NCBI GenBank assembly: GCA_009859145.1
Contig: VRVR01000055.1
Span: 1 to 64,000 of the forward strand
Direction: 5' to 3'
Source of the DNA: Andalucia godoyi And28
Lineage: Eukaryota > Protista > Jakobida
DNA length: 64,000 nt
Positions 42,339-53,810 of the stretch are shown here, piece after piece. Made by a program: the position numbers and the translations under genes. How positions within the stretch are numbered: the stretch's first letter is position 1; every line of letters starts with the position of its first letter. The notes below the pieces were generated by a model, which worked only from the letters and a program-made list of their open reading frames with translations, was not told where the DNA came from and did not search any database.

Positions 42339-43467
42339 GCATCAAGGGTGTAGTCCAGCAGCTGGTTGACTCTGTACAGATGCCTTCGTCGAACGCTTGA
42401 GCGGCAACCACCGGAGAATCCAAGCAACTGGGCGCAGTCCGCTCCAAGTTCTGCATCTTGTCGGCATCCCGCATGGCCGCGTACCAAGGTTCCGGATTCG
42501 ACTTCACCTGTCGACTGACTACAGTCCACTGCCAGTGGACCTTGCAATCCTCGAGCAGCGGCTCTAATCTGACGATTGTCTGCGAGTCTCTTTGCTGGAT
42601 CCTGCCGTAGTTCTAGCACAATTTGTCCGAAATGCTGTTGGCGGGGGTGTCTGCTTTCGTTGACTTCATGTCATTGAAGAAGGTGAAGGGAAACCCCGTT
42701 CCCCATTTCATTCACTTCAGCATCATTCCAAATGCGTATCCGAGGCATTATAGCTGATTTCATCAGCCCTTTTCTGTTGTGATCGTTTGATGGGAGCGAG
42801 AGATCGTCCCGTTGGGATGGGTTCATCGTAAAATCCATTATTCAATGGAGATTCGTCCGCAAGGAGCTTGTAAATGTTGTCAACATTTCATCCATGATGC
42901 AATGAAGGCAACAGAGGGCCTTTGTTGCGTTCTGATGTCTGACGACCATGCATCCATATTGAGAAGTTTTATTGCTGCAAGTTTGTTCTTGGATTTGTCA
43001 CTGTGAACATCACGCTAAACAAGAAGCTAGCCATCCGATTGTTAGTGCGAATTTGAATTATGATGCCGGAGGTCGTGAACTTCGACGAAACGGGGGTTCA
43101 GGGAGACCAAGAATCGAAGATCCGCTTTCTGGCGCCCTCGAAGGACTAGGAGGAGCGTCCACCGAAAGGTCATTCCTCAACGCAAACACGCCACTATGAT
43201 CAACTCTCTATCAGCAGGAAGAGCAAAGACGCCAACAGGAAAAGGCGAAAAGCGAGAGGACAGCAAAGTGAATGAAGACGAGCGTTGCAACTGATGTCCG
43301 AAGCTCCATTCCTGGCATCCAGCAAACTTAAGAATGACCGGTAAGGTTAAGTATGGTTACAATAAGCGAAGATGCACACAAATGGGTTCTTTAATCATGA
43401 CTGAGCGAAACGTGCTCAGACCTGGAGAACACACGTTCGTGGAATACTTGGAAGATCTTCAAAATGC

Positions 43468-45531
43468 TCAAACCGGGTTGTTTTGATCACCAGCAGTTTC
43501 AAAGAACTCTCGCACGCGTCTAACCAGCCGATCACTCGCGCTGCTCCGGTTCTCCAGCTCAAACAGACTGGGGAACTCGTGATGCAGTCGTTGCAAAAAG
43601 GAACGCAGAGGTCGCCGCTCCTCCGTGTCCAGCGCAGGAATCGGAAGAGAAGGATTCAGCACATCGTTCAAAATGCCTGATCGAATTTCAAACAGTTCAT
43701 CTTTGTTGTGCAGCCGAGTATGTGATTCTAGAGTTGATTCCTTCAAATAGATGGCCACCGGCGGCAGCCACGAGAGAATATCACCGATTGCCAGGTACAC
43801 CGTCGTGAGCACAGCTTGCTGCAGACACACTTGGAGCCGTTGTCCATCGGACAGAACTACCAACGACGCCACTGCATCCAGCCAATCGGGAGAGAAGGCC
43901 GCGTGGTAGTGAAACTCTTTTTTGTCACGCTTCTGGATAAAGGACGCACCGCCCCAGTCAATCAAGCATATGGGAAACTGAAAGTCGCTTTGCATCTCCT
44001 CTAACAGCACCACATTTTGCGGACAAATGTCCATGTGGTAGATGCCACGGTCATCGCACTGCAAGACAATGCTCATCAATTGTTGAAGAAGTTCCGTGCA
44101 AAAAGCGAGGGAGCGGTTCGGATAGCACGATGCAAGCGGCAACGGCACTCCTACAGGCGCAGTGCACAGAATAGCTCCTTGATCGGACTGTTCAGAATGC
44201 AAGAGAGTGGGGACCCAGAAGCGATGACGGCCCCAGTCGATTCTGGAAAGCTCCTGCAGTGCCCCAAGTTCGGTTGTCCACTCCGCGAGCCTCGATACCG
44301 GAAAACACTTCGCAACAATAGAGTTCGTCGCATCAAGAGTCCCAGTTGCTAGTTCCACAGCATTCATCTTCCCGATGCCATGGACCGGGGCACGCTGCAG
44401 CATTCCAGTCAGCTCCAGTCTCGGTGAAACAGAGAGTGAGCGCACGATTCCAGAGGACAAGGCAGAAATAACTGGAGGCGGCGTGCCATTCCACCCACAC
44501 AAGGCATGTGGATCGCTGGACAACAAGAAGCAAAGCCCCTTCATACCGTCCTCGTGAAGTGCAATGGGTTCAGTTTCCAGCAGTTCATAGTCCCATCCAA
44601 ACTCGGAATCGAAAATGCGCAAGCACAGAAACACAATAAATTTCCGGTTGCACGCAAAGCCCCAACACACACGTCGAGAAATACCGGATTCCTGAACAAT
44701 GTGCGCAAACCGCTGATACACTTGCTGGGTAGCCTCGGAGAGCTTTGACTTTTTGGTACCGTCGAGTCGATCGGATCCTTTGAGTTCCCCGGCAATGCTT
44801 GCTCCCGAGTACATGGGACACCGAAGAGCGAGACGACCGATGCAAAGCAGCAAATCCACCCTTTGGTTCTGTCCGTAGAGGCCACTCCGCGAGAAATCCA
44901 CGAGATGCATGTCGCCGTGCTTGGAGAGGAATCGTGTGATGAACAACCGGAACTGGACTTGCAGGAGCGGCTCAGGACAAGAGTCCAAAGGAAGCGTTCC
45001 CACCGTCTCGTTCCACATTGCCTGGAAATCCTCCCAGAACGGGAGATTGGAAGAAATGGAGGGGAAAAGATCGTCAAACGAAGATCTCGTGGCATACAAA
45101 TTGGTGGTGCCGCTGCGCGACGACGACCCCAACGCCAGCAAATCCTGCGACAGCTTGGAGAGGAAATACTTGATATCGGATACCTTCGCCACCTCTTCGG
45201 CAGCAAGTCTTCCTTGATGCTCCGCCTCTTTCTCTTGTCTCTCACGATCAAGGGCTATTTGTGTCGACTCTTTCTCCTGTCTTTCTCTCTCTTTCTCAAG
45301 GCGTTCATGTTCAGCGGCTGCTTCAACAATTTCCTTCGCTTTCCTTTCATGTTCAGCGACTGCTTCAGCAATTTCCTTCGCCTTCCTTTCATGTTCAGCG
45401 GATGCTTCAGCAATTTCCTTCGCCTTCAAAGCGTGTTCAGCGACTGCTTCAGCAGCCTCCTTTGCCTGCTTCAACTGCTCGAATTGCTTCAGCAGCTCCT
45501 GAATCTTGTCATTTGGATCGGACGAACTCAT
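43468..45531 (-). CDS. Crinkler-like effector copy 1: coiled coil + PD-(D/E)XK endonuclease fold + atypical (FunK1-like) kinase
   Basis: RVDLLLC...IAGELKG (D...ExK), then IVAKCFP, YHMDICPQNVVLL and CLIDWGGA; intact 687-aa ORF. Confidence 0.8.
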   Translation of the reverse strand: MSSSDPNDKIQELLKQFEQLKQAKEAAEAVAEHALKAKEIAEASAEHERKAKEIAEAVAEHERKAKEIVEAAAEHERLEKERERQEKESTQIALDRERQEKEAEHQGRLAAEEVAKVSDIKYFLSKLSQDLLALGSSSRSGTTNLYATRSSFDDLFPSISSNLPFWEDFQAMWNETVGTLPLDSCPEPLLQVQFRLFITRFLSKHGDMHLVDFSRSGLYGQNQRVDLLLCIGRLALRCPMYSGASIAGELKGSDRLDGTKKSKLSEATQQVYQRFAHIVQESGISRRVCWGFACNRKFIVFLCLRIFDSEFGWDYELLETEPIALHEDGMKGLCFLLSSDPHALCGWNGTPPPVISALSSGIVRSLSVSPRLELTGMLQRAPVHGIGKMNAVELATGTLDATNSIVAKCFPVSRLAEWTTELGALQELSRIDWGRHRFWVPTLLHSEQSDQGAILCTAPVGVPLPLASCYPNRSLAFCTELLQQLMSIVLQCDDRGIYHMDICPQNVVLLEEMQSDFQFPICLIDWGGASFIQKRDKKEFHYHAAFSPDWLDAVASLVVLSDGQRLQVCLQQAVLTTVYLAIGDILSWLPPVAIYLKESTLESHTRLHNKDELFEIRSGILNDVLNPSLPIPALDTEERRPLRSFLQRLHHEFPSLFELENRSSASDRLVRRVREFFETAGDQNNPV
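45304..45471 (-). repeat. 42-bp coding tandem repeat (4 units) in the coiled coil
   Basis: (t/g)(t/c)(c/g)atgttcagc-type anchors at 45304, 45346, 45388 and 45430; encodes AEA(V/S/A)AEHERKAKEI units. Confidence 0.85.
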
Positions 45532-45723
45532 GGGTCAATACAGAAGTGAAGTGAAATGAAAATAAAAATAAAATAAAGAATGTGAATACACATAGAAAGA
45601 AAGAAAGAAAGAAGAGGAAGAGAAGGGGAGAAAATGTAAACGGGAAAAAACAGCTCAAGCGCAGGGTTTTTCTGACTGCTCAAATGGTACGAGTACCGAA
45701 ATATCTATACTCGTGGTGGTGAA
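45532..45723 (-). repeat. 5' flank duplicated with 54538-54718
   Basis: On the minus strand it reads ttcaccaccacgagt...atatttcggtactcgtaccatttgagcagtcagaaaaaccctgcg...ctatgtgtattcacattctttatttt...gtattgacccATG, closely matching the leader of the 54719 gene. Confidence 0.88.
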
Positions 45724-45752
45724 TAGCTATTCACTGATTCGAATCAGTGAAT
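45719..45752. promoter_or_regulatory. Two overlapping perfect palindromes between head-to-head effector genes
   Basis: gtgaatagctattcac (16 bp, 45719-45734) and attcactgattcgaatcagtgaat (24 bp, 45729-45752). The sequence is certain; the regulatory role is not. Confidence 0.6.
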
Positions 45753-45909
45753 TCCAGTACTCATGGGAAAATCACGAGTTCGGGGATTTTCGATCTTACC
45801 AGATTTTTCTCCGAATTCCCTCCTTTCCCGTCTGAATTCTCTTTTTCCCGTTTCTTCTTCTTTCTTCTTTTTCTTATTCCAATTCCTTCTTTCATTCATC
45901 ACCCCAGCC

Positions 45910-47811
45910 ATGAGTTCGTCCGGTTCAGATGATGTGGTTCAGAAGCTGCTCAGGCAAATCGAGCAGTTAAATCGTGAAAATGAGAGAGAGCGGCAAGAAA
46001 AGGAAATCGCGCAGGCTGCCGTTGAACACGAGCGCCTGGAAAAAGAGAAGGAACGACAAGAGAAAGAAGCGGAACATCAAAAAAGACTTGTTGCCGAAGA
46101 ACATGCGAAGAAATCAGATGTGCAACTCTTTCTCTCCAAATTGTCGCAGGATTTACTGGCTATTGCGTCATCGTCGCGCAGCTACACCACAAACTTGTCT
46201 GCCACAGACGCCTCGTTTGAAGATTTGTTTCCGTCTCTCAACGACTGTCCGAACTGGAACGATTTTCAGGCGCTTTGGCAAGCAACAGTGGAGAAGCTGC
46301 CTTCCGAGTCATGTCCCGAGCCACTGTTGCAGGAGCAATTCCGTGTGCTCATTACGCGATTCCTTTCGCAGCACGGCGACATGCACCTGGTGGATTTCTC
46401 GCGCAGTGGATTGTATGGATTGAACCAAAAGGTGGACTTGCTATTCTGCCGGGGCCGACAAGCCCAGCGCCTGCCCACGTACTTTGAATCGTGCCTCGTC
46501 GGCGAACTCAAAGCGTCCGGCCAGGTCGAGGATGCCGACGATTCGAAACTTTCCGACGCCGTCCTGCAGGTGTACCAACGATTCGCACACATTGTTCAAG
46601 AATCGGGTGTTCGTCGGCGCGAATGCTGGGGGTTTGCGTGCAACCGCACGACAATCGTGTTTCTGTCGTTGCGCATTTCTGATTTAGAGTCTGAGTGGGA
46701 CTACCAGTTGCTACAGACCCCGCCGATGGCGCTTAAAGATGACGGGTTGAAGGGACTATGCTTCTTGTTGTCCAGTGAATCGCATGCCTTGTGTGCGTGG
46801 AATGGCGCAGCGCCACCTGTTGTGTCCACCTTGTCTTCTGAAATTGTGAGTTCACTGTCCGTTTCACCGAGACTGGAATTGACCGGGATGCTGCAGCGTG
46901 CACCCGTTCATGGCATCGGCCAGATGGATGCCGTGGAACTGGCAACTGCGACTCTTGATGCGACGACCTCTGCTGTTGTCAAGTGCTTTCCGGCATCGAA
47001 GAAAGCAGAATGGACGACCGAACGTGGAGCACTGCAGGAACTCTCGAAAATTGACTGGAGTGATCACCGTTTCTGGGTGCCCACTCTTTTGCGTTCCGAA
47101 CAGTCTGAGCGTGGCGCCATTCTGTGCACAGCTCCAGTAGGAGTGCCGTTGCCGCTTGCGTCGTGTTATCTGGGCCGTGCTCTCATTTTCTGTTCAGAAC
47201 TTCTGCAGCAATTGATGAGCATTGTATTGCAATGTCATGACCATGGCGTGCATCACATGGACATCTGTCCGCAGAATGTAGTGTTGCTGGAGGAGGTGCA
47301 AACTTCCTTTCTGTTTCCAGTATGTCTGATTGACTGGGGTGGCGCATCGTTTATGCAAAAGCGTGACAAAAAAGATTTTCACTACCATGCCGCTTTCTCG
47401 CCGGATTGGTTGGACCCCATGCGTTCGCTGGCGAATCTGACGGATGGACAACGGCTCCAAGTGTGTTTGCAGCAGACTGTGCTCACAGTGTTGTACCTGG
47501 CAATTGGTGACGTCCTCTCGTGGCTGCCGCCGGTGGCCATTTTCCTGGATGAATCAACCCATCGAGAAAAGCATACTCGGATGCACAACAAATCCGCCTT
47601 GTTTCGAATCCGAGCGCGTATTCTGAACGATGTGCTGAACCCATCCCTTTCGATCCCTGCGCTGGACACGGATGATCGACGGCCTGTGCGTTCCTTTTTG
47701 CAAAGACTGCACCATGAGTTCCCGAGTCTATTTGAGTTGAAGAAACGAAGCAGCGCGAATGCTTTGCTCGTTGGACGCATTCCAGAGATTTGTGCGACGT
47801 TTCGAGGATGA
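45910..47811 (+). CDS. Crinkler-like effector copy 2 (coiled coil + REase fold + atypical kinase)
   Basis: Start MSSSGSDD at 45910 matches paralog starts; KVDLLFC...LVGELKA, HHMDICPQN and DWGGA; intact. Confidence 0.8.
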   Translation: MSSSGSDDVVQKLLRQIEQLNRENERERQEKEIAQAAVEHERLEKEKERQEKEAEHQKRLVAEEHAKKSDVQLFLSKLSQDLLAIASSSRSYTTNLSATDASFEDLFPSLNDCPNWNDFQALWQATVEKLPSESCPEPLLQEQFRVLITRFLSQHGDMHLVDFSRSGLYGLNQKVDLLFCRGRQAQRLPTYFESCLVGELKASGQVEDADDSKLSDAVLQVYQRFAHIVQESGVRRRECWGFACNRTTIVFLSLRISDLESEWDYQLLQTPPMALKDDGLKGLCFLLSSESHALCAWNGAAPPVVSTLSSEIVSSLSVSPRLELTGMLQRAPVHGIGQMDAVELATATLDATTSAVVKCFPASKKAEWTTERGALQELSKIDWSDHRFWVPTLLRSEQSERGAILCTAPVGVPLPLASCYLGRALIFCSELLQQLMSIVLQCHDHGVHHMDICPQNVVLLEEVQTSFLFPVCLIDWGGASFMQKRDKKDFHYHAAFSPDWLDPMRSLANLTDGQRLQVCLQQTVLTVLYLAIGDVLSWLPPVAIFLDESTHREKHTRMHNKSALFRIRARILNDVLNPSLSIPALDTDDRRPVRSFLQRLHHEFPSLFELKKRSSANALLVGRIPEICATFRG

Positions 47812-48049
47812 AGCACTTGGATCTGGAAATTCGGCAAACGCAGCGTGGGACACCGATGAGAACGAAGATCGTGAATCCATTTCAACCGGGTTCTCGAATT
47901 GTTGATGATTGCTTTCATTGTTTCTTTGAACTGATGATCTTTCTCCAGCACGGGTGTGTCTCAGGGAACAAGACCTTGCAGTCAGAAATGCTTGGAGGTC
48001 CTGCAATTCAACACCTCGAAGACCGCGAAAGTCAATGTAGGTACCATCG

Positions 48050-48898
48050 TCATGACGGAGATGTTTTTGATTTTGACTCGAGCTCGTCTGCTGGTTCTAG
48101 GAACGGTGTGTCCAAGGCACTCGGAGCAAGATCATGTGGAAACGGATGCATCTTCCACACACGATTCACGTCTCGTACATCCAGAGAGACGGAGAATCGC
48201 TCAGGATGGATGATTTTTCGAATGAATGCTTGAAACAAAATGGGATAAACCTTCAATCTCAGAATGATTGCAAACAAGAACAAGATGCGATCGGCAAGCG
48301 TAGAACCCTGGCTCTCCGCAAAGTTGGAAAACTCAAAAAGTAAATTCAACAGGGTCCACAGCCCAAGAAAATAACACAGGCAGCCATAGGTGAGTCGAAG
48401 TTGGAACAATGAGAGTCGATTCTTCGACAGCGAAACGAACCAGAGAACATCGATGTAGAGCAAGGAAACAAACAGCAAAGGATAGAATGCAGCAGTCGCG
48501 AAAGTGATCGAGATTTGCACAGCCAAACTCGATTGGAGCAATGGCACAGTTTGCGCAAAGATAATGTCTACTACCAGCAGCAAACCAATTAAGATCAAAT
48601 AGTATTCCTTCAACCAGGAGCGTTCTTCCGCGATACGGTATTTCAAAAAAGCTTCCTTTCCCCAGAGAGCAAACAGAAATGCCCATGAAAAGCACGTGAT
48701 TGTGAAATGAAAGGCTACAATAGAAAGCACGACCTTGACGACCAGAAAATTCAGAAGACTGGGTACGGTAAGAATAATAGAAAAAAATGTGACGCCAATT
48801 ACACAGATCCACCAAGGCCAGTCAAAAAGCACGCGTCCCCACGTCGATGACTGAAAGGAGACGTTGCATAACGAGTCGTACGCGCGAGAAGTAAGCAT
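48050..48898 (-). CDS. Multi-pass membrane protein (~7 hydrophobic helices), unknown
   Basis: Alternating hydrophobic segments across 282 aa; true start uncertain. Confidence 0.6.
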   Translation of the reverse strand: MLTSRAYDSLCNVSFQSSTWGRVLFDWPWWICVIGVTFFSIILTVPSLLNFLVVKVVLSIVAFHFTITCFSWAFLFALWGKEAFLKYRIAEERSWLKEYYLILIGLLLVVDIIFAQTVPLLQSSLAVQISITFATAAFYPLLFVSLLYIDVLWFVSLSKNRLSLFQLRLTYGCLCYFLGLWTLLNLLFEFSNFAESQGSTLADRILFLFAIILRLKVYPILFQAFIRKIIHPERFSVSLDVRDVNRVWKMHPFPHDLAPSALDTPFLEPADELESKSKTSPS

Positions 48899-49118
48899 TT
48901 GGGTCTATGCAATTGAAAAGAATGGTTGATTCTTGGAAATTTCCAAAATTCGGCATCCGGGGGAACAGGATTTTGTTCCTTGAAAACGGTTAAACAAAAC
49001 CAAAGGAATCTGTAGACACTTGTCGAATGGATATTAGACATGCCAGAAAACTGAACAAGACTTCAACGTCTTGCAGTATTTTGCACTCCACGTCCTTCGT
49101 GCAACTCAACGCAAACAA

Positions 49119-49920
49119 ATGCCGTACTTGATTCCGTGGACCTGCATCCGTGTGATCCTGTCGCTCGGCTCCATCGTATTCTGTTCTCATGCTTCGTCGA
49201 ATCACGGGAATCACGAGAATGAGGAACCGTTCCACCTCAAGCTGCCGAAGCAGCCGGCGCTTGTCTTGGACAGATTGCCAACGTCCACATAACCCGTCAG
49301 TGCTTTGTTAGTACTTGTCGAATGTTGTGTCCCGACATGTCATTAGGAATGCGGAACGAATTATCGTCCAGTACCAATCTTTCAATCCCGGACAAAACGC
49401 GGTAGCATCGATGTTCTCCAGCATCCCAATACGAGAAGATCCAACAGAACACGAGAATCCAATGGCCGAGTTGTATTCGATTGCTACAAATGGCCGAGAA
49501 GACGAGGATGCTTCCGTGTTCCGGAAAACGGTTATCGAAGGGGAGGTCGAAAGGGGAAGATTTCAACTTCGTTCCTGTTACGCGTTGCATCATTTACGAC
49601 GAGGATTTGAATGAAATCGAGTTTGAAATTCCTCGATTCTTTGGAAGCACTGAGGCATGCAGCGCTGGGACGATTTTGTGGAGAGTGATGCTTTCAACTC
49701 TGAGCCCACTTTGGAAGAAGAAATTTCCGAATACGAAGTGCACAGCGCAAAAAAGCCAACCGTCGTCGTCATTAGCGCACACAACCGAGATCAGCGCCTG
49801 TCGGCTCTCCGGCTTCTGATTATCACAAAATGGTCATACTGGTGAATATTGATCCTGTGACGAAGTCGAGAAACCGAAAGACAAACTCGGAAACTGTAGT
49901 TTCTGCCCCGCAGAATATAC
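49119..49920 (+). pseudogene. Decayed paralog of the 25212-26372 secreted protein
   Basis: Shared ENE(E/D)PFHL.LPK, SNVVSRHV.RN.ERI, F.KT..EG, WD(D/E)FVESDAF.SE..LEEE.SEYEVHS and VILVN..P.TKS....T..E.VVSAPQN; broken by stops and several frameshifts. Confidence 0.85.
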
Positions 49921-50013
49921 AAGTCGCACGTAACGGAGAGGGAGTAATCGTTCCGAGAATTTCGTCTTTACGAGAATTTTTGAAGACATCGAAGCTGTAT
50001 TGTTTTTTTTATT

Positions 50014-52050
50014 TTAGGTCTGTCCAAAACGACACTTGGAGACTGCGACGTAGCCAAGTATCCGGTAGAACACCAACATCCCGAGAAGGACCATGCAGTC
50101 CCCGGTGATCGACATGACAGAGTATCCCAGCGTATCGAGTGCTTGCTGCCCGGTCGCGATGCATGGGCCGTCCGAACAAGTGAAGGTGGTTCCCTGGAAT
50201 TCGTTGAGCGACAGGGCTTCTTGGGCGTACAAGAAGAAGGAAGTGTACTTGAACGGATAGAACCACCAGCCAATCTGGTCGGACTGCGTCACAAAACCAC
50301 CCACGGAAAGGAAGATTGTGATCACGATACTGGCAAGCACATTTCCGACGTCCACGGTCTTGGAGATCGCGGCAAGTGTCAGCGAAAGCGCCGAGTTCAC
50401 CTGTTCAAACAGCAGCAAAATGCCAAAATACAAGAAAAACTTGCCAGCGTCATGGGAGTCGTATCCAATCATAAAGTAGGAAATGACCGAGTACAGAAAA
50501 ACGTAGAATGCTTCAAACGGAAGCGTCGCTCCCACATATGCAGCATAGTAAGAGAGCGAAGAGTACATCGAGTCCTCGCGCTCCTTCCAGAACACGGCAC
50601 GCTCTGCAGGAAACGATGCAATGATGGAGAGCGACGGAACAAAAGCAAATGTACACAGCGACATGAAAAACGAAGCCACTCGCTTGTATATGGAAGCTTG
50701 GTTGTCTCCAATCTGCAGATACAGCAATCCGACGAACACAGACATGAACAAGTATGCCACAACTTGCGTAGAAAGCAGGATCGGGTCGCGCGTATAGTTT
50801 CGCAGCGTTCGTTTGAACAGGACTGCGAACTGAACCGGTAGCGGGGCAGTGCTGCTTCGAGGTTGCTCCTGGAGAGTGGCTGGGACGCCAGACGGTGCTG
50901 CAGACGTGGGAGATGCAGGGCTGGCCATCGGCTGTGCTCCCATGCACTTCTTGAGAGACATGGAGAAGATCGAATTACCGGACTGCTTCAGCCCGTTTCC
51001 GTGCTCGACCATGAACCCCGTAGGATTCTCCAACGCTGCATCAATGACGCCTTGGCTTTCCCGAGGTGCGGCATTCCAGAATTCCTGCATGATGGCAACG
51101 TACTTTGCATCTGCCACAGACTGCCGCTGTAGCGCCTCTTCGTCCATTTTTGTCTCTTTAGCTGTTAGGCTACCGTCGCCATTCTCATGCACATGCCAAT
51201 GTTCGTGCTCGTGCTCGTGCTCATGCAAAGAATACACACTCATTGGAGACGTGATGCTGAGCATGTAGTCCGCAGGATTTGTCAGCGGCGGGACAGGACG
51301 CCCAATGCTTTCAAAGTGCGGGATCGCTCCATCCACAGTTCCATAGTACGCCATCTGACCCTTCGCCATCAGGATGATCTTGTCGAAAAGCTTCAGAAGC
51401 TCAAACGAAGGCTGATGAACAGTGCAGATACAAGTGCATCCCTTCGTGTCCGCAAGCGTCCGCAACAGCTGGATGACCTTGAGTGCCGAAAACGAATCGA
51501 GACCCGATGTGATTTCGTCCAGCAACAGCACATCAGCGCCTTTAATGAGTGCGATTCCGATACTCAGTCTGCGTCTCTGGCCGCCCGAGAGCCCCCGGAT
51601 CATCGGCCCACCGGCCTTCACCTCTGCACACGAAGAGAGCCCCAGGTCTCTCAGCACCGACGACACGCGCTCCGAGATCTCCGGCTCCTTGAAATTCGAC
51701 AGCTTTGCTGCGTATTCCAGCGTCTCGCGTGTCGACGCAGTTGCCAAAAGCACGTCTTGCTGCTGGATGTACCCGACTCGGGAAGACGGAACCAGGTACT
51801 TTACTTGGCCTGTAACCTGGCCGGTTCGCAGTCTACCTGACAGCGAATCCAGCAATGTGGACTTTCCGGCGCCAGACGAACCCAGGATGCATGCTACTTC
51901 CCCTTTGCACAAAGCCCCGGACACATTCTGCAGAATTCGAGTTTCCTTCACTTGGAACGATACGTTGTTCCACACCAGAACCGGCTGGCGCGCTGCAGCT
52001 AGCTCTGTGCGAGAAGCCACATCCACCCCGGATTCAGAAACCACAGACAT
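50014..52050 (-). CDS. ABCG (White-family) half transporter
   Basis: N-terminal NBD (GSSGAGKST, LSGGQRRR, LLLDEITSGLD) followed by a C-terminal TMD; HEHEHEHEH insert in the linker. Confidence 0.95.
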   Translation of the reverse strand: MSVVSESGVDVASRTELAAARQPVLVWNNVSFQVKETRILQNVSGALCKGEVACILGSSGAGKSTLLDSLSGRLRTGQVTGQVKYLVPSSRVGYIQQQDVLLATASTRETLEYAAKLSNFKEPEISERVSSVLRDLGLSSCAEVKAGGPMIRGLSGGQRRRLSIGIALIKGADVLLLDEITSGLDSFSALKVIQLLRTLADTKGCTCICTVHQPSFELLKLFDKIILMAKGQMAYYGTVDGAIPHFESIGRPVPPLTNPADYMLSITSPMSVYSLHEHEHEHEHWHVHENGDGSLTAKETKMDEEALQRQSVADAKYVAIMQEFWNAAPRESQGVIDAALENPTGFMVEHGNGLKQSGNSIFSMSLKKCMGAQPMASPASPTSAAPSGVPATLQEQPRSSTAPLPVQFAVLFKRTLRNYTRDPILLSTQVVAYLFMSVFVGLLYLQIGDNQASIYKRVASFFMSLCTFAFVPSLSIIASFPAERAVFWKEREDSMYSSLSYYAAYVGATLPFEAFYVFLYSVISYFMIGYDSHDAGKFFLYFGILLLFEQVNSALSLTLAAISKTVDVGNVLASIVITIFLSVGGFVTQSDQIGWWFYPFKYTSFFLYAQEALSLNEFQGTTFTCSDGPCIATGQQALDTLGYSVMSITGDCMVLLGMLVFYRILGYVAVSKCRFGQT

Positions 52051-52429
52051 TTACGCCCGCCGCACCACTCTTCGCGATTTGCCTCCAAAAAAATCTTTTC
52101 TTTCTACGCGGCTATCTAGATGTATCCGCGATCATGTGTGCATTAAAAATGTGAAGCGGAGGTTTTCGAATGTTCCAACAACGCGGTATCTGATAGCGAG
52201 TGTCGACAACGGACGACAGCAAGGAGCTCCAATAGAAAAGTTTTTTTCGTTAATTGTCACTCCTGCAAGCTCCCCTCCGTTCCGTTGTGCTGAGACCGAG
52301 CAAACCACGAAGGTATGATCCTAAATGCGATCTTCATGATCAGAAATCGAGCTGGTTCCGCATTTCACACATATACACTTAGTGACCTTCGGACCTTGCG
52401 AATCCTTGGGAATTTTGTTCAAGAGCATT

Positions 52430-53650
52430 GCGATTCTTGATGTCCAGGAAGGATTATGACATCTCCGTTGGCTAAGCCATGAAAATACCAGCAGAGAAAG
52501 ACACATTCCGTACAGGAAGAGAGGAAACTGGAAATGACAGTGCTATTGGCGCGAAAGTACGGTACTTTTAAACGGTAATGTACTGTAGTATCCGGCATCG
52601 AGCGATATGTTGCATCGGACCGCACCCTTATCGCGCCCCATGGACAATTGGACAATTTGGACATCCATACAGAGACTTTGGAGTTTGGACTTCGCCGTGC
52701 AGCGCTTGTTGTTGCAAAAGCTATTCCCACCGAACAAGCTCTCAGAAATGAAGGCGGAACAAGCAGCTCTTGAGCGATTGGCCCCGATTCAGTGGGGTAA
52801 GTTTTCTCAATGGGTTCCAGCACTGATTCACCATGCGCAGGACGGCTACGGTGTGCTGTGTACATCTCCGATTGGGCAACCCCTGCCGCTGGCTAGTGCA
52901 TTTAAGAAGGGTACAGAGCGACTTCGATGTTGTCAGGAACTCATCGTTCAACTTTGCAGCATCATCATTGTTGCACACACTCGCAGTGTTTGGCACATGG
53001 ATCTATGTCTTCAAAATGTCGTCTTACTATCACCTGGTAGTGTCGACCAATTCAAATTTCCCGTATGTCTCGTAGACTAGGGTGGTTCTTCATTTCACGA
53101 CAAGGAGAATGCGGGATTCCAGTATCACCTTGCGTTCTCCCCATCTTGGCTACAAAGGTATGATCGCGAAAAGAAGAAGTTGAAGGACAATGTCGGATTG
53201 TGTGCTTCTTTGCAGCAAATGGTGTTAACTGCGTTCTTCATTGCCTTTGGGGTTTATTTTTCGTGGCTACCGCCGAAAATTTGCACGCTTCATTACGAAG
53301 ACGACAAGATTGGAAAGTCGCGCCATACATCTCTTTCAAATGTCGATCAATTGCCCACAGAGCGTACGAAGCTGATCGATAAGTTGCTGGATGAAAATTT
53401 CACTGCAACTCATTGCATTGGTTCCATTGCTCAAATGTTGACGGATCGCAAACCCCTTCTGGACATGTTTCGGGCGCTCCGCGAGGACTGTCCGTGGCTA
53501 TTCGTTTTGAATGCTGTTCATCCTCGCGTCAATCAGCGGCTGTTGGTTGAACGCATTGTTCGCGCTTGTCATGTCCATCATGACGTTACTGCTGATTACA
53601 GTCTAGTTGATGGAGTAGACATACCATCGTCTGAAGATGGCCGACAATAA
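52430..53650 (+). pseudogene. Decayed, divergent Crinkler-like kinase half
   Basis: WVPALI, LCTSPIGQPLPLAS, WHMDLCLQN and VCLVD*GG (TAG at 53078-53080 replacing Trp), plus frameshifts. Confidence 0.8.
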
Positions 53651-53810
53651 CATGGTCAGCTAGTCGTGGTGTGACCCTGGAATTCTGAGAGTTGGCTTTG
53701 TGGACGGTTGATTCCATTCATTGACGGCCATCTTTGTTTGAATCATTTCATCCTGCACAGGCAAACTTTGGCAACAGTGTATCCAATTAAGTCCGTGGCA
53801 TCCTTTCCCT

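Noticed and set aside
43072-43095. VVNFDETG, resembling a pogo/DDE_1 transposase motif
   Set aside because: Only a few residues in a short frame between stops, with no further motifs.
9028-45471. CRISPR-like arrays
   Set aside because: All periodic repeats are in-frame coding repeats, with no repeat-spacer structure or cas genes.
50143-52318. Long antisense/overlapping ORFs (e.g. 50143-50841, 51422-52318, 14724-15671, 19318-20040, 44541-45251, 55623-56375)
   Set aside because: Shadow ORFs of real genes, with no independent motifs.
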